Positions 41,675-50,936 of a stretch of 64,000 nucleotides of DNA are shown here, piece after piece. The notes below the pieces were generated by a model. The model was not told the DNA's origin, ran no database searches, and saw only the letters and a list, made by a program, of their open reading frames with translations. The position numbers were made by a program, and so were the translations under genes. This DNA comes from Acidimicrobiia bacterium (GTDB lineage Bacteria; Actinomycetota; Acidimicrobiia; Acidimicrobiales; JACDCH01). Position 1 is the first letter of the stretch; the number at the start of each line of letters is the position of its first letter. Location: the NCBI GenBank assembly GCA_052387955.1, contig JBQTIQ010000011.1, positions 3,602 through 67,601 of the forward strand. Direction: 5' to 3'.

Positions 41675-43719
41675 GACTGGTCGCCCTCGGCGTCGGAGCT
41701 GCCGGCACCGACCGCGGCCAGCTCGCCGTCGCCCCCGGCCAGGGCACCGGCGGTGTCGTCGCCGCCGTCGGGGCTCCCGGGGGGCTCTCCCCCGCCGTCG
41801 CCGGCTTCCTCCTCGAACGCCGGCTCGAGGCCGATGCCGACCATGCCGGCAACGAGGACGAAGCCCCCGACGGCGGCGAAGGCCAGGTTGAAGATGAGCC
41901 CGTAGCCGATGAGCGGGAGGCCAGCGGCCAGCACGATCGGCCAGTACGAGGGGGACGGCAGGTGGGGATGGGCGGTGCCGGCCTGCACGACATCGGCGGA
42001 CTTGGCGATGGGCACGGGCCGGCCGGCGTCGTCCTCGCCGTACTTGCGGTGCCAGAACTCGTCGAGGTGGGTCACGACCGGGACCTCGTCGAAGTTGTGG
42101 GGCGGGGTCGGCGACGGGACCATCCATTCGAGGGTCCGGCCGTCCCAGGGGTCGGCCTCTGCCACCAGCTGCTCCCGCTTCGCCTTGCGGTAGCTGTGGC
42201 GGATGTTGTGGAGGAAGATCAGCACCGACAGGGCGATCACGAACGAACCGATGGTCTCGACCATGTTCCAGAAGTTGAACCCGTAGCCGTCGAGATAGGT
42301 GTACGTCCGACGGGGCTGGCCCATCAGCCCGACGATGTGCATGGGGCCGAACGTCAGGTTCATGCCCAGCAGGACGAGCCAGAAGTGCCAGTTGCCGAGG
42401 CGTTCCGACAGCCGGTGGCCGAAGACCTTGGGCCACCAGTAGTAGAAGCCGCCGAAGAACATGAGCAGCGACCCACCGAAGATCACGTAGTGGAAGTGGG
42501 CGACGATGTAGTACGTGTCCGTCTGTTGCAGGTCGGACGGCGACACCGAATGCGTCACCCCTGACAGGCCGCCGATGGTGAACATCCCGACCATGGAGAT
42601 GGCGAACTTCATCGCCACCGTGAAGCGCAGCTTGCCCCCATAGAGGGTCCACACCCAGTTGAGGATCTTCACCCCGGTGGGGACGGCGATGAACATCGTC
42701 GACAGCGAGAAGGCGGCGACCGACAGCGGCCCGATGCCGGAGGCGAACATGTGGTGCGCCCACACGCCCCAGCCCATGAAGCCGATGGCGATGCCCGACG
42801 CCACCATGAACGTGTAACCGAAGAGCGGCTTGCGGCTGAACACCGGGAGCACCTCCGACACCATGCCGAAGGCGGGCAGCACCAGGATGTAGACCTCGGG
42901 ATGGCCGAAGAGCCAGAACATGTGCTGCCAGAGGAGCGGGTCGGCGCCGGCCGCGGCGTCGAAGAAGCTGGCCCCGAACAGTCGGTCGAAGGTCAGCATG
43001 AACAGGGCGACGGAGATCACCGGCATGGCGAACACCAGCAGCAACTGGGTGATGAAGCCCATCCACGTGAACACCGGCATCTTCATCAGCGTCATGCCCG
43101 GTGCCCGCAGGTTGACCACCGTCACCACCAGGTTGATGGCGCCGATCAGCGACGCGAACCCGGTGATCTGCAGCCCGATGGCGTAGAAGTCCATGCCGTG
43201 GGTGGGCGAGAAGATGACGCTGGTGTTGGGGGCGTAGGCGAACCATCCGCCGTCGGGGGCGCCGCCCAGCAGCCACGACGAGTTGAGGAACAGGCCCCCG
43301 AAGAGGAACAGCCAGAAGCTGAGGGCGTTGAGCCGCGGGAAGGCGACGTCGCGCGCCCCGATCTGCAACGGCATGAAATAGTTCATGAACGCTGCGCCCA
43401 ACGGGATCACGACGAGAAAGATCATCGTCACGCCGTGCATGGTGAAGATCTGGTTGTACTGGGCCGCGTTGAGGACGGTCCCGTTGGGATGGGCCAGCTG
43501 CAGGCGGATCAGCAGGGCCTCGATCCCGCCGATGATGAAGAAGAAGATCGCCGCGGCGCCGTACATGATCCCGATGCGCTTGTGGTCGACCGATGTCAGC
43601 CACCCCATCACCCCGGTCGGCTCGCCGGGGCGGCTGAACGCACCCATGGGGCGGTAGGCCGACACCTCCGGCTGGCCGGAGGGCAGGGCCAGCGGCGCCG
43701 CGGTTTCGCTGGTCGTCAC
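41671..43719 (-). CDS. ctaD: Cytochrome c oxidase subunit I with fused subunit-IV-like C-terminal helices
   Basis: All canonical ligands are present: FTMHG, WLFGHPEVY, WAHHMF, VAHFHYV. The C-terminal SYWPIVLAAG... two-helix extension is followed by an acidic tail. Confidence 0.95.
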   Translation of the reverse strand: MTTSETAAPLALPSGQPEVSAYRPMGAFSRPGEPTGVMGWLTSVDHKRIGIMYGAAAIFFFIIGGIEALLIRLQLAHPNGTVLNAAQYNQIFTMHGVTMIFLVVIPLGAAFMNYFMPLQIGARDVAFPRLNALSFWLFLFGGLFLNSSWLLGGAPDGGWFAYAPNTSVIFSPTHGMDFYAIGLQITGFASLIGAINLVVTVVNLRAPGMTLMKMPVFTWMGFITQLLLVFAMPVISVALFMLTFDRLFGASFFDAAAGADPLLWQHMFWLFGHPEVYILVLPAFGMVSEVLPVFSRKPLFGYTFMVASGIAIGFMGWGVWAHHMFASGIGPLSVAAFSLSTMFIAVPTGVKILNWVWTLYGGKLRFTVAMKFAISMVGMFTIGGLSGVTHSVSPSDLQQTDTYYIVAHFHYVIFGGSLLMFFGGFYYWWPKVFGHRLSERLGNWHFWLVLLGMNLTFGPMHIVGLMGQPRRTYTYLDGYGFNFWNMVETIGSFVIALSVLIFLHNIRHSYRKAKREQLVAEADPWDGRTLEWMVPSPTPPHNFDEVPVVTHLDEFWHRKYGEDDAGRPVPIAKSADVVQAGTAHPHLPSPSYWPIVLAAGLPLIGYGLIFNLAFAAVGGFVLVAGMVGIGLEPAFEEEAGDGGGEPPGSPDGGDDTAGALAGGDGELAAVGAGSSDAEGDQS

Positions 43720-43720
43720 A

Positions 43721-44902
43721 TCAAGCTCCCGGGGTGGTGGGCGGGATGGCGCCGTCGGGATAGGGCCCGAGCGTCTCGAGGTAGGCGACGAGGCTGTCGA
43801 CCTCTTCGGGGGGCAGGGCCAGGTTGGGCATGCCCCGGCCCTCGTCGGCGGCCATCGGCAACAGGGCCTCCGGGTTGCGCAGCCACGCTTCGAGCTGGTT
43901 GCGGTTGAACTCGAGGTTGCCGTTGGCGTTGGGGACCCAGAGCTGGAACTGGGCGCTGGCGAACACCTTGCGGCTCATCAGGTGGGTGAGGTCGGGGGCG
44001 TGGCCGGTGACGAGCGCCTCTACCCCCTCGGGGCCGAACTCGTTCACCCCGCCGATGCGGTGGCAGGAGGCGCACTTGGCCTCGAAGACGGCCAGGCCCT
44101 CGGCGGCGAGGCTGTCCTCGGCCGCGGTGGGCGCCTCTTCCTGCTGGTCGCGCACCCAGTCGTCCCAGTCGTCGTCCGAGAGCACCACCGCCCGCGCCCG
44201 CATGTTGGCGTGGGACAGGCCGCAGAACTCCTTGCACTGGCCGTCGAACTCGCCCACCTCGTCGGCCCGCATCTGCAAGCTCTGGGTGCGCCCGGGCACG
44301 GCGTCGCGGGTCCCCGCCAGGGCCGGGATCCAGAAGCTGTGGATGACGTCGCGGGAGCCGATCTCGAGGTTGACGGGCCGGTCGACCGGGATCACCAGCT
44401 CGTTGGCGGTGATGATCTCGGGAGTGCCGTCCTCGTCGAGGTCGTACTCGTAGGACCACCACCACTGGTGCCCGTAGACGTTGACGGTGACGGCGTCCGA
44501 CGGCGACTTGCCGATGCGCAGCAAGGTCACCAGCGTGAAGATGGCCACGAGCACCAGGACGACGAAGGGCAGGACCGTCCAGGTGATCTCGATGGCGAAG
44601 TTCCCGTGGACCTGTTCGGGATCGGGTTCCCCCGACATCGAGCCCCGACGGTGACCGGTGTAGAGGACGTAGCCGAGGACGGCGGCGACGAGCAGGCCGA
44701 CGACGCCGGCGGCGATGAACACCGGGACCTGCAACGTGTTGATCTGCTCGGCCGAACGGCCCGAGGGATGGAAGATGTCCTGGCGGGTCTCGCTGCAACC
44801 GGTCGCCACGAAGGCAACCGCGATCAACGCCCCGGCCCGGCCGGTCCGGGCCCGGCGGAGCCGGTGACGGGGGCGACCGCGCATGGTTGTGAAGAATTGC
44901 AC
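43721..44902 (-). CDS. ctaC: Cytochrome c oxidase subunit II with C-terminal cytochrome c domain (caa3)
   Basis: CuA site HSFWIP...CKEFCGLSHANM and heme c motif CASCH. Lipoprotein signal ...FVATGC. The start is GTG 44902 or ATG 44884. Confidence 0.9.
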   Translation of the reverse strand: MQFFTTMRGRPRHRLRRARTGRAGALIAVAFVATGCSETRQDIFHPSGRSAEQINTLQVPVFIAAGVVGLLVAAVLGYVLYTGHRRGSMSGEPDPEQVHGNFAIEITWTVLPFVVLVLVAIFTLVTLLRIGKSPSDAVTVNVYGHQWWWSYEYDLDEDGTPEIITANELVIPVDRPVNLEIGSRDVIHSFWIPALAGTRDAVPGRTQSLQMRADEVGEFDGQCKEFCGLSHANMRARAVVLSDDDWDDWVRDQQEEAPTAAEDSLAAEGLAVFEAKCASCHRIGGVNEFGPEGVEALVTGHAPDLTHLMSRKVFASAQFQLWVPNANGNLEFNRNQLEAWLRNPEALLPMAADEGRGMPNLALPPEEVDSLVAYLETLGPYPDGAIPPTTPGA

Positions 44903-44904
44903 GA

Positions 44905-45738
44905 TCAGTGCCCGGCCTGCGATTCGGTCGGGAGCCCCGGGACGGGCTGGAGGCGATCGGGGGCCGTCGGCTCGAAATGGGCCTCGTGGGGGTGGTACTC
45001 GCGGCTGCCCTCAACCGCGCCGACGATGCCGGAGGCCAGAACCGCGAGGGCACCGGCCACGAGCAGGCCCCGGGCCAGCTTGCGCCCGCCATGGGGCATG
45101 ACCGAGACGAGCACGGCGGCACCGAGCACGAGCACCGCCACCAGGCCGGCGACGATCCAGGCGCCCGACTTGGACAGCGCCAGCAGGGCCCGGGAGATGC
45201 CCAGTACCACCCCGACGATAGCGATCGCCCCGAAGAGGGGCACCTCGACCGGCATCATGAGCCGGTTGCGGATGCGCCGGTTCACCTCGGCGTCGCCGGT
45301 GGCCCGGTCGGCCCATGTCGACACCATCCACTCGAGGAGCACCAGGATCAGGACCAGCACGCCGAACACGAACAGCTGGGCGCTGACCACCAGGCCGAGC
45401 GCGACCGAGACCGCCCCGAACGCCCCGGCCAGGGGCCAATAGCTGGCCGAGGCAGGGGCAGGTACCTCGGGGACGGTGTCGGTCTGGGCGACGGCCGTGA
45501 CGGCGTGGGCGTTGGCATCGCGAAAAGCGATGGTGACGCTGCCCAGGAACACGCTGACGATGAACGTGAAGACCAGGATGACGAGGCCGGTGTGCTCGCC
45601 GACCCCGCCATCGACGCCCAACGACAGCACGCCGTTGAGCCCGCCCCGGGCGCCGAGGCCGTACACCATGGCGCCGCCGAAGGCGAGGACGCCGAGGATG
45701 TAGAAGAACCTCGATCCGACGGTGAACATCCGGTCCAT
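44905..45738 (-). CDS. 7-TM membrane protein with a subunit-IV-like SYWP module and a His-rich tail
   Basis: 277 aa. ASYWPLAGAFGAVSVALGLV resembles the CtaD C-terminal SYWP helices. Ends with EYHPHEAHF. Its stop lies 2 nt before the ctaC GTG. Confidence 0.7.
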   Translation of the reverse strand: MDRMFTVGSRFFYILGVLAFGGAMVYGLGARGGLNGVLSLGVDGGVGEHTGLVILVFTFIVSVFLGSVTIAFRDANAHAVTAVAQTDTVPEVPAPASASYWPLAGAFGAVSVALGLVVSAQLFVFGVLVLILVLLEWMVSTWADRATGDAEVNRRIRNRLMMPVEVPLFGAIAIVGVVLGISRALLALSKSGAWIVAGLVAVLVLGAAVLVSVMPHGGRKLARGLLVAGALAVLASGIVGAVEGSREYHPHEAHFEPTAPDRLQPVPGLPTESQAGH

Positions 45739-45744
45739 CGGGGC

Positions 45745-46398
45745 CTACTTCTTCAGGAAGATCGTGTACCAGAGAATGGCGTACACGAAGACGGTCACGT
45801 ACCAGTAGATGGCAGCGGCGGCGATCCCCTCACGGTCGCGGCCGGAGTACTGGCCACCGAGCGTCCGGAACGCCATCAGGCCGACGAAGACCACACCGAC
45901 GGCGGCCATGGCCATGTGGCTGCCCATGAGGGCGTAGAACATCATGCCGTAGCGGCTCCGCAATCCGATGTCGTACTGCGAGAAGCCGAACGCCATGCCG
46001 TTGAGATAGGCGCCGCCGAGCAGGGCGGTCAGGCCCAGGGCGAGGTAGGCGCGGGGACGGTCGTCGTGGGCGATGGCGTGCACCGCCCACTGCACCATGA
46101 ACAGCGAGAGCAGCAACGTGGCCAGCCCCACCTGGGCCGGCGTGATCGGCAAGGCCGCGCCCTCGGGCAGGAACTCGCGGCCGGCGACGCTGGCGGCGTT
46201 GCGCTCGGACAGGTACACGGCGAGGAGGGCGGCGAAGGCCATGACCACGCCGCCGAGGGCCAGGGCGGTGCCCATGAACAGCACCCGGGGCCGGGGTACG
46301 GGCGGGGGCGGCGGGTGGCCGATGGCGATCTCGTCGACGCGTTCGGGGAGCAACGTGGGCGTCACCGTCGGTCCATTCTGTGGGGCTGCGCCCCACAC
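45745..46398 (-). CDS. Heme-copper oxidase subunit III-like protein (paralogue)
   Basis: FYALMGSHMAMAAVG...AAAIYWYVTVFVYAILWY parallels the ctaE blocks. 5 TM. The start is uncertain (GTG 46398 or an internal ATG). Confidence 0.7.
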   Translation of the reverse strand: MWGAAPQNGPTVTPTLLPERVDEIAIGHPPPPPVPRPRVLFMGTALALGGVVMAFAALLAVYLSERNAASVAGREFLPEGAALPITPAQVGLATLLLSLFMVQWAVHAIAHDDRPRAYLALGLTALLGGAYLNGMAFGFSQYDIGLRSRYGMMFYALMGSHMAMAAVGVVFVGLMAFRTLGGQYSGRDREGIAAAAIYWYVTVFVYAILWYTIFLKK

Positions 46399-46461
46399 CC
46401 ATCGCCGCCGGGCGAGCTGGCACTCGCGCCGCCGACCTGAGGCGCTCGCTTCGCTCGCACC

Positions 46462-48084
46462 TCAGATGGCCTGTTCTTCTCGGAGATCGAGCAGCGGGGT
46501 GGCCGAGCGCACCGGGACCGAGGCCGGGTCCTCGGCCCATTCGAGGGAGTGGCCGCCCCACGGGTCGATGATGGGCTCGTCGTCGTCGTACTCGTCGGGC
46601 TTGCGCCGCAGCGCCTTGGTCACGTTGATCACGAACATGGTCATCCCCAGGAACAAGAGCCCTGCGCTCAGCACCGTGCCCAGGTTCAACAGGCCGACCC
46701 CGTGCCGCAGCGGCTCGGTGGCACGGATGTGGGAGCGTTGGTCGAGCATCCCGCTGAAGACGTCGAAGGTGGCCACGCCGCCGGCGCCGAGGAAGATGCA
46801 CAGGGCCGTCAGCAGGCCCAGCATGTCGCCCGGCATCTTGCCCAGGATCAGGGGCCACCAGTAGTGGATGGAACCGACGAGGGCGAGCAGGGCGGCGCCG
46901 AGGGCGAAGTGGACCGGGGTGGTGTCCGCCGTCGTGCCCACCAGGTCGAGGGGGGTGATGACCCGCAGGGCGGCGGCCGACGCCCCGCCCAGCAACAGCA
47001 GCATCGTCATGATCGAGAACAGCAGCGGGCTGCCGAGCTGGAACCGGCCCCGCCACAGGGTGTCGACCATGCCGCCCATGATCCCGACGATGGGCAGCGC
47101 CAGCGAGAGGGCAACCACGATGTAGAGGAACTGCGTGGTGACCTGGGGAGCGTCGAACTGGCTGTTGGGGGCGATCCAATTGAAGCCGTAGAAGGCCCAG
47201 GCGCCGAAGGAGAACATCCCGAACATGGCGATGAACGTCAGCGTGATGAACCGGAAGCGTTGGCGGTTGCGGGCGAAGACCTGGACGGCGTCGGAGGCGA
47301 AGCCGATGGCAGGGATGGCGGCCGCGAACACCTGGGGCGGGGTCATGGCCCACCGCAGCCACAGGTCGATGCGGTTGGCGCCGCCGAACTCGAACACCCG
47401 GTAACGGCTGTCGATGTAGAGCAGCACGAGCAGGCCGAGCAGCACGCCCAGGCTGGCGATCCAGATGGTGGTGGTCACCAGCATCGACCACGCGAAGAAC
47501 GGCGCTCGCTCCATGGTCATGCCCGGCGCCCGCAGGGCCAGCACGGTGGTACCGATACAGACCGACGCCACCAGCAGCGAGACCACCACCAAGGCGAACG
47601 AGATCAAGAAGAGGTCGACCGCCTGCTCGTTGCCACCGAAGGGGCCACCGTTGATCAGGTAGCTGATCACGACGAGGGACGACGAGAGCAGATAGGTCCA
47701 GTAGGAAGCCGCGGCGGCGCGGGGGAAGGCGACGGTCTGGGCCCCCACCTGCTTGGGGACGACCACAATGGCCACGCCGATCAGGGCCGGCAACAGGAAC
47801 AGGAACACGGTCGACACGCCGTGCAGCGACAGCACCTGGCGGAAGACGTCGCTGTCGAGCAGGAACGTCGACGTCGTCTTGAGCCGCTCGACCCCGAGCG
47901 CCCCGCCCAGCGCGCCGCCGAGGGCGAGGAAGAGGAACGAGGTGGCCAGCCACAACCGGCCGATGACCTTGTGGTCGGCGCTGCCGAACAGACGGAACGT
48001 CCGGCCCGGGCCTTGAGGCTCGCCGGCGGCGTCGGTCTCGTCGGCGTCGATCTCAGGTGCCGGTCGGGTCTGCGTCGCCGTCAC
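46462..48084 (-). CDS. Heme-copper oxidase subunit I-like protein lacking the CuB ligands and one heme ligand
   Basis: 540 aa, collinear with CtaD (DHKVIG, AFPR, LRAPGMT, DPWGG.SLEW). However GHPEVY becomes TPPQVF, WAHHMF becomes WAFYGF, and HFHY becomes HFAL. Confidence 0.8.
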   Translation of the reverse strand: MTATQTRPAPEIDADETDAAGEPQGPGRTFRLFGSADHKVIGRLWLATSFLFLALGGALGGALGVERLKTTSTFLLDSDVFRQVLSLHGVSTVFLFLLPALIGVAIVVVPKQVGAQTVAFPRAAAASYWTYLLSSSLVVISYLINGGPFGGNEQAVDLFLISFALVVVSLLVASVCIGTTVLALRAPGMTMERAPFFAWSMLVTTTIWIASLGVLLGLLVLLYIDSRYRVFEFGGANRIDLWLRWAMTPPQVFAAAIPAIGFASDAVQVFARNRQRFRFITLTFIAMFGMFSFGAWAFYGFNWIAPNSQFDAPQVTTQFLYIVVALSLALPIVGIMGGMVDTLWRGRFQLGSPLLFSIMTMLLLLGGASAAALRVITPLDLVGTTADTTPVHFALGAALLALVGSIHYWWPLILGKMPGDMLGLLTALCIFLGAGGVATFDVFSGMLDQRSHIRATEPLRHGVGLLNLGTVLSAGLLFLGMTMFVINVTKALRRKPDEYDDDEPIIDPWGGHSLEWAEDPASVPVRSATPLLDLREEQAI

Positions 48085-48226
48085 GGCCTGCTCCGGGCGG
48101 TGGTCGTCATCGTCCCCTCCCCGTTGCCGGCGACGGCCGGCCCGACCTTAGCTGCACCGCTCACAACCGGCCGCAGGCCGTCTCGGTCGGTTTCGAGCCA
48201 AGGCTCCGCCTCGGCCAGCGCGGTCC

Positions 48227-49225
48227 TCACAGCCCCGAGCGCACCAGCTGGTCGGCGGCCATGGCGCCGAAGAGCAGGGTGATGTAGGTGATCGACCATC
48301 CGAAGAGGCGCATGGCGCTGCGCCGGACCGCCACCTCGGCGCCCCCGTGGGGAGCCCCGTTCCCGAGGGCGCCGCCGGTGGTGGCGGCGGCGGCCAGCAC
48401 CCCGCCCGCCCCGGCCCCGTCGTCGGCCGGCGCCAGGCGCAGCAACTGCACCGCGAACCAGGTGAACACCCCGCCGAGCACGATGGCCGAGCCCAGGTAG
48501 AGGTGGCCCATACCCGCCACCGGCGAGAACAGGACCGTCAGCGCCCACAGCAGGAGCGTGTAGAGGAGGATACGGGTCGCCACCGTCCGTGGCCCGGCCA
48601 CCGAGGGCAGCATCGGCACGTCGGCAGCCGAGTAGTCCTCCCGGTACCGGATGGCCAGCGCCCAGAAATGGGGCGGGGTCCAGTAGAAGATGATGCCGAA
48701 GAGCACCAGCGGCGCCCAATCGAGCCGGCCCGTCACCGCCGACCAGCCCACCAGCACCGGTACCGCCCCCGCCGCGCCGCCGATCACGATGTTGTGGCTC
48801 GAGGTGCGTTTGAGCCACAGCGTGTACACGAAGACGTAGAACAGCGTGGCGCTGACCGCCAGGACCGCCGAGAGCGGGTTCACCGCCAGCCACAGGAACG
48901 CGAATGCCGCCGTTTCCAGCAGCAAGGCGAAGACGAGGGCGTTGCGGGGCTCGATGACGCCGGTGACCAGTGGCCGGTTGCGGGTGCGGTCCATCAGCTT
49001 ATCGATGTCCCGGTCGACGTACATGTTGATGGCGTTGGCCCCGCCGGCGGCCAGCGTGCCGCCCAGCACGGTCGCCACCGTGAGCCACAGTCCGGGGAGC
49101 CCGGCCTCGGCCACCACCATCGTCGGCACGGTCGTGACCAGCAACAACTCGATGATGCGGGGCTTGGTCAACGCGACGTACGCACCGGCGCGCGAGCGCA
49201 GCGGGAGCCGGGCTGACGGGTGCAT
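48227..49225 (-). CDS. ctaB: Protoheme IX farnesyltransferase (heme O synthase)
   Basis: ALTKPRIIELLL, GGANAINMYVDRDID and WTPPHFWALA are UbiA-family motifs. Confidence 0.9.
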   Translation of the reverse strand: MHPSARLPLRSRAGAYVALTKPRIIELLLVTTVPTMVVAEAGLPGLWLTVATVLGGTLAAGGANAINMYVDRDIDKLMDRTRNRPLVTGVIEPRNALVFALLLETAAFAFLWLAVNPLSAVLAVSATLFYVFVYTLWLKRTSSHNIVIGGAAGAVPVLVGWSAVTGRLDWAPLVLFGIIFYWTPPHFWALAIRYREDYSAADVPMLPSVAGPRTVATRILLYTLLLWALTVLFSPVAGMGHLYLGSAIVLGGVFTWFAVQLLRLAPADDGAGAGGVLAAAATTGGALGNGAPHGGAEVAVRRSAMRLFGWSITYITLLFGAMAADQLVRSGL

Positions 49226-49345
49226 GACGCCCGCACACTAGGACGCGCGAAGCGTGGCGGACCAAAGCCCGATCCCGGCCGGTGGGGGCGACCGCCACAG
49301 GCACCGAGTGGCACTCGAAGGAGGCAGCGCGCGACCCTGCTGAGG

Positions 49346-50329
49346 GTGGCCGTCGTCCCCGCCCGTTGGTGGCCGTTGCCGCGTCTGGCGCCCGGGACCT
49401 ACCACCGGGTGACGCTGTTCGCGCTGCTGGCGCTCGGCTTCATCGTCGTGACCGGCGCCGCTGTGCGCCTCACCGGTTCGGGCCTGGGGTGCCCGACGTG
49501 GCCGCAGTGCCAGGACGGGAGCCTCGCCCCCTTTCAGCCCGCCACCGGGCACCACGCCTGGATCGAGTTCGTCAACCGGGTCATCACCGGGCTGGTGTCC
49601 GTCGCCGTCGGCGCCGCCGTCCTGGGCTCCCTGCTGCGCCAACCCCGGCGCCGCGACCTTGTGCGCCTGTCCTGGGGCCTGGTCATCGGTGTGGCCGCCC
49701 AGATCGTGCTGGGCGGCCTGACGGTGCTGTTCCACCTGGCGCCGCTGTTCGTGATGGGCCATTTCCTGTTGTCGATGGTGCTGGTCGCCAACGCAGTGGT
49801 CCTGCACCACCGCGCCGGCCAGGCGGGCGGCGCCCAACGTCCGATCGTGGCCCCCGAGGTCCGCTTCATGGGACGGGCCCTGGTGGCGGCGGCCGGGCTC
49901 ACCCTCGTCACCGGGACACTGGTGACGGCGGCCGGCCCCCACGGCGGTGACGAGCGCGCCCGCCGCCTCGACTTGTTCGTACCCGACATCGCCCGCCTTC
50001 ACGGCGTGAGCGAGAACCTCTTCCTGCTGTCCACGCTGGCCACGCTGTGGCTGTTGCATCGGACCGGCGCCCCCGGCGTGGTGCGGCGGCGGGCCCAGGT
50101 GCTGCTGGCCGTCATGGTCGCCCAGGCCGCCGTCGGCTACACGCAGTACGCCACCGGCGTGCCCGTGCTGCTGGTCGGCGTCCACGTCTTCGGCGCCGTC
50201 TGCGTGTGGGTGGCGGTGCTGCGGTTCCAGCTCGGGCTGCGCCAGGCCGACGAGGAACCGCGCCCGGCGCCCGTGCCCCTCGTCGAGCCGGCGGTGGCGA
50301 TGGGTGTGGGGACCAGCCCCATCGCATGA
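49346..50329 (+). CDS. ctaA: Heme A synthase (COX15/CtaA)
   Basis: VRLTGSGLGCPTWPQC, HAWIEFVNR and paired His in the TM helices. The start is uncertain (GTG 49346 or TTG 49376). The track ATG 49220 would overlap the ctaB start. Confidence 0.8.
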   Translation: MAVVPARWWPLPRLAPGTYHRVTLFALLALGFIVVTGAAVRLTGSGLGCPTWPQCQDGSLAPFQPATGHHAWIEFVNRVITGLVSVAVGAAVLGSLLRQPRRRDLVRLSWGLVIGVAAQIVLGGLTVLFHLAPLFVMGHFLLSMVLVANAVVLHHRAGQAGGAQRPIVAPEVRFMGRALVAAAGLTLVTGTLVTAAGPHGGDERARRLDLFVPDIARLHGVSENLFLLSTLATLWLLHRTGAPGVVRRRAQVLLAVMVAQAAVGYTQYATGVPVLLVGVHVFGAVCVWVAVLRFQLGLRQADEEPRPAPVPLVEPAVAMGVGTSPIA

Positions 50330-50399
50330 CCGGCGCCCCCGGGCAGCCGGCGCTCCGTGCTGGCGGGCCCCCGCACGGACCGGCCTAGGCCGCGATTGA

Positions 50400-50705
50400 A
50401 TGGCACCGATGCCGACCGAGACGATGCCGGCCGAGGTCGACCTGCCCGTCGACGACACCGCGGTCGAGCCCGACCGGCCCTGGGTGGTGATCGTGTGGAA
50501 CGACCCGATCAACCTCATGGACTACGTCACATTCGTGTTCCAGAAGCTCTTCGGCTACAGCCTCGAGAAGGCGACCAGCCTCATGCTCGATGTGCACCAC
50601 AAGGGCCGCGCCGCGGTGTCGAGCGGCCCGCGGGAGAAGGCCGAGCTCGACGTGTTCCGCCTCCACGAGCACGGCCTGTGGGCCACCATGCAGCACGATG
50701 ACTGA
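50400..50705 (+). CDS. clpS: ATP-dependent Clp protease adaptor ClpS
   Basis: 101 aa. [25 protein letters not shown]...[12 protein letters not shown] is the ClpS core. Confidence 0.95.
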   Translation: MAPMPTETMPAEVDLPVDDTAVEPDRPWVVIVWNDPINLMDYVTFVFQKLFGYSLEKATSLMLDVHHKGRAAVSSGPREKAELDVFRLHEHGLWATMQHDD

Positions 50706-50706
50706 A

Positions 50707-50737
50707 GGTTTCGTTCCGAAACCAAAGGTTTCGAAAC
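50707..50737. other. AT-richer cluster of GGTTTCG/CGAAACC half-sites (hairpin plus palindrome)
   Basis: GGTTTCG-TTC-CGAAACC-AAA-GGTTTCGAAAC starts 2 nt after the clpS stop. It could act as a terminator or as a protein-binding site. Confidence 0.4.
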
Positions 50738-50745
50738 GAGTCGAC

Positions 50746-50851
50746 GGTGCCCGCCTACGGCGGGCTCGCACCGCCTGCGGGCGGCAAAGCCACCCTCCGG
50801 CGGACATGCGGGGGTGCCCCCCGCGCCCCCTGCGGCTGCGCCGTGCAGGAC
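50746..50851 (+). repeat. Dispersed GC-rich multi-hairpin intergenic repeat, copy C (core only)
   Basis: Aligns by eye with 36410-36513 and with the reverse complement of 6898-7004, with about 10 differences. It lies between clpS and the DUF2017 gene. Confidence 0.75.
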
Positions 50852-50936
50852 GCTCTCTCCGCTCGGGCCGGCAGTTGCAGGAGCTTGGAACCAACATCTC
50901 GGTCAACCCGTCCGCATGCCCGGGGTGGGAGCGGTG

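Noticed and set aside
49220-49345. Track start ATG 49220 for ctaA.
   Set aside because: It would overlap the divergent ctaB start codon region and would add an Arg/Pro-rich N-terminus. GTG 49346 or TTG 49376 fits COX15 N-termini better.
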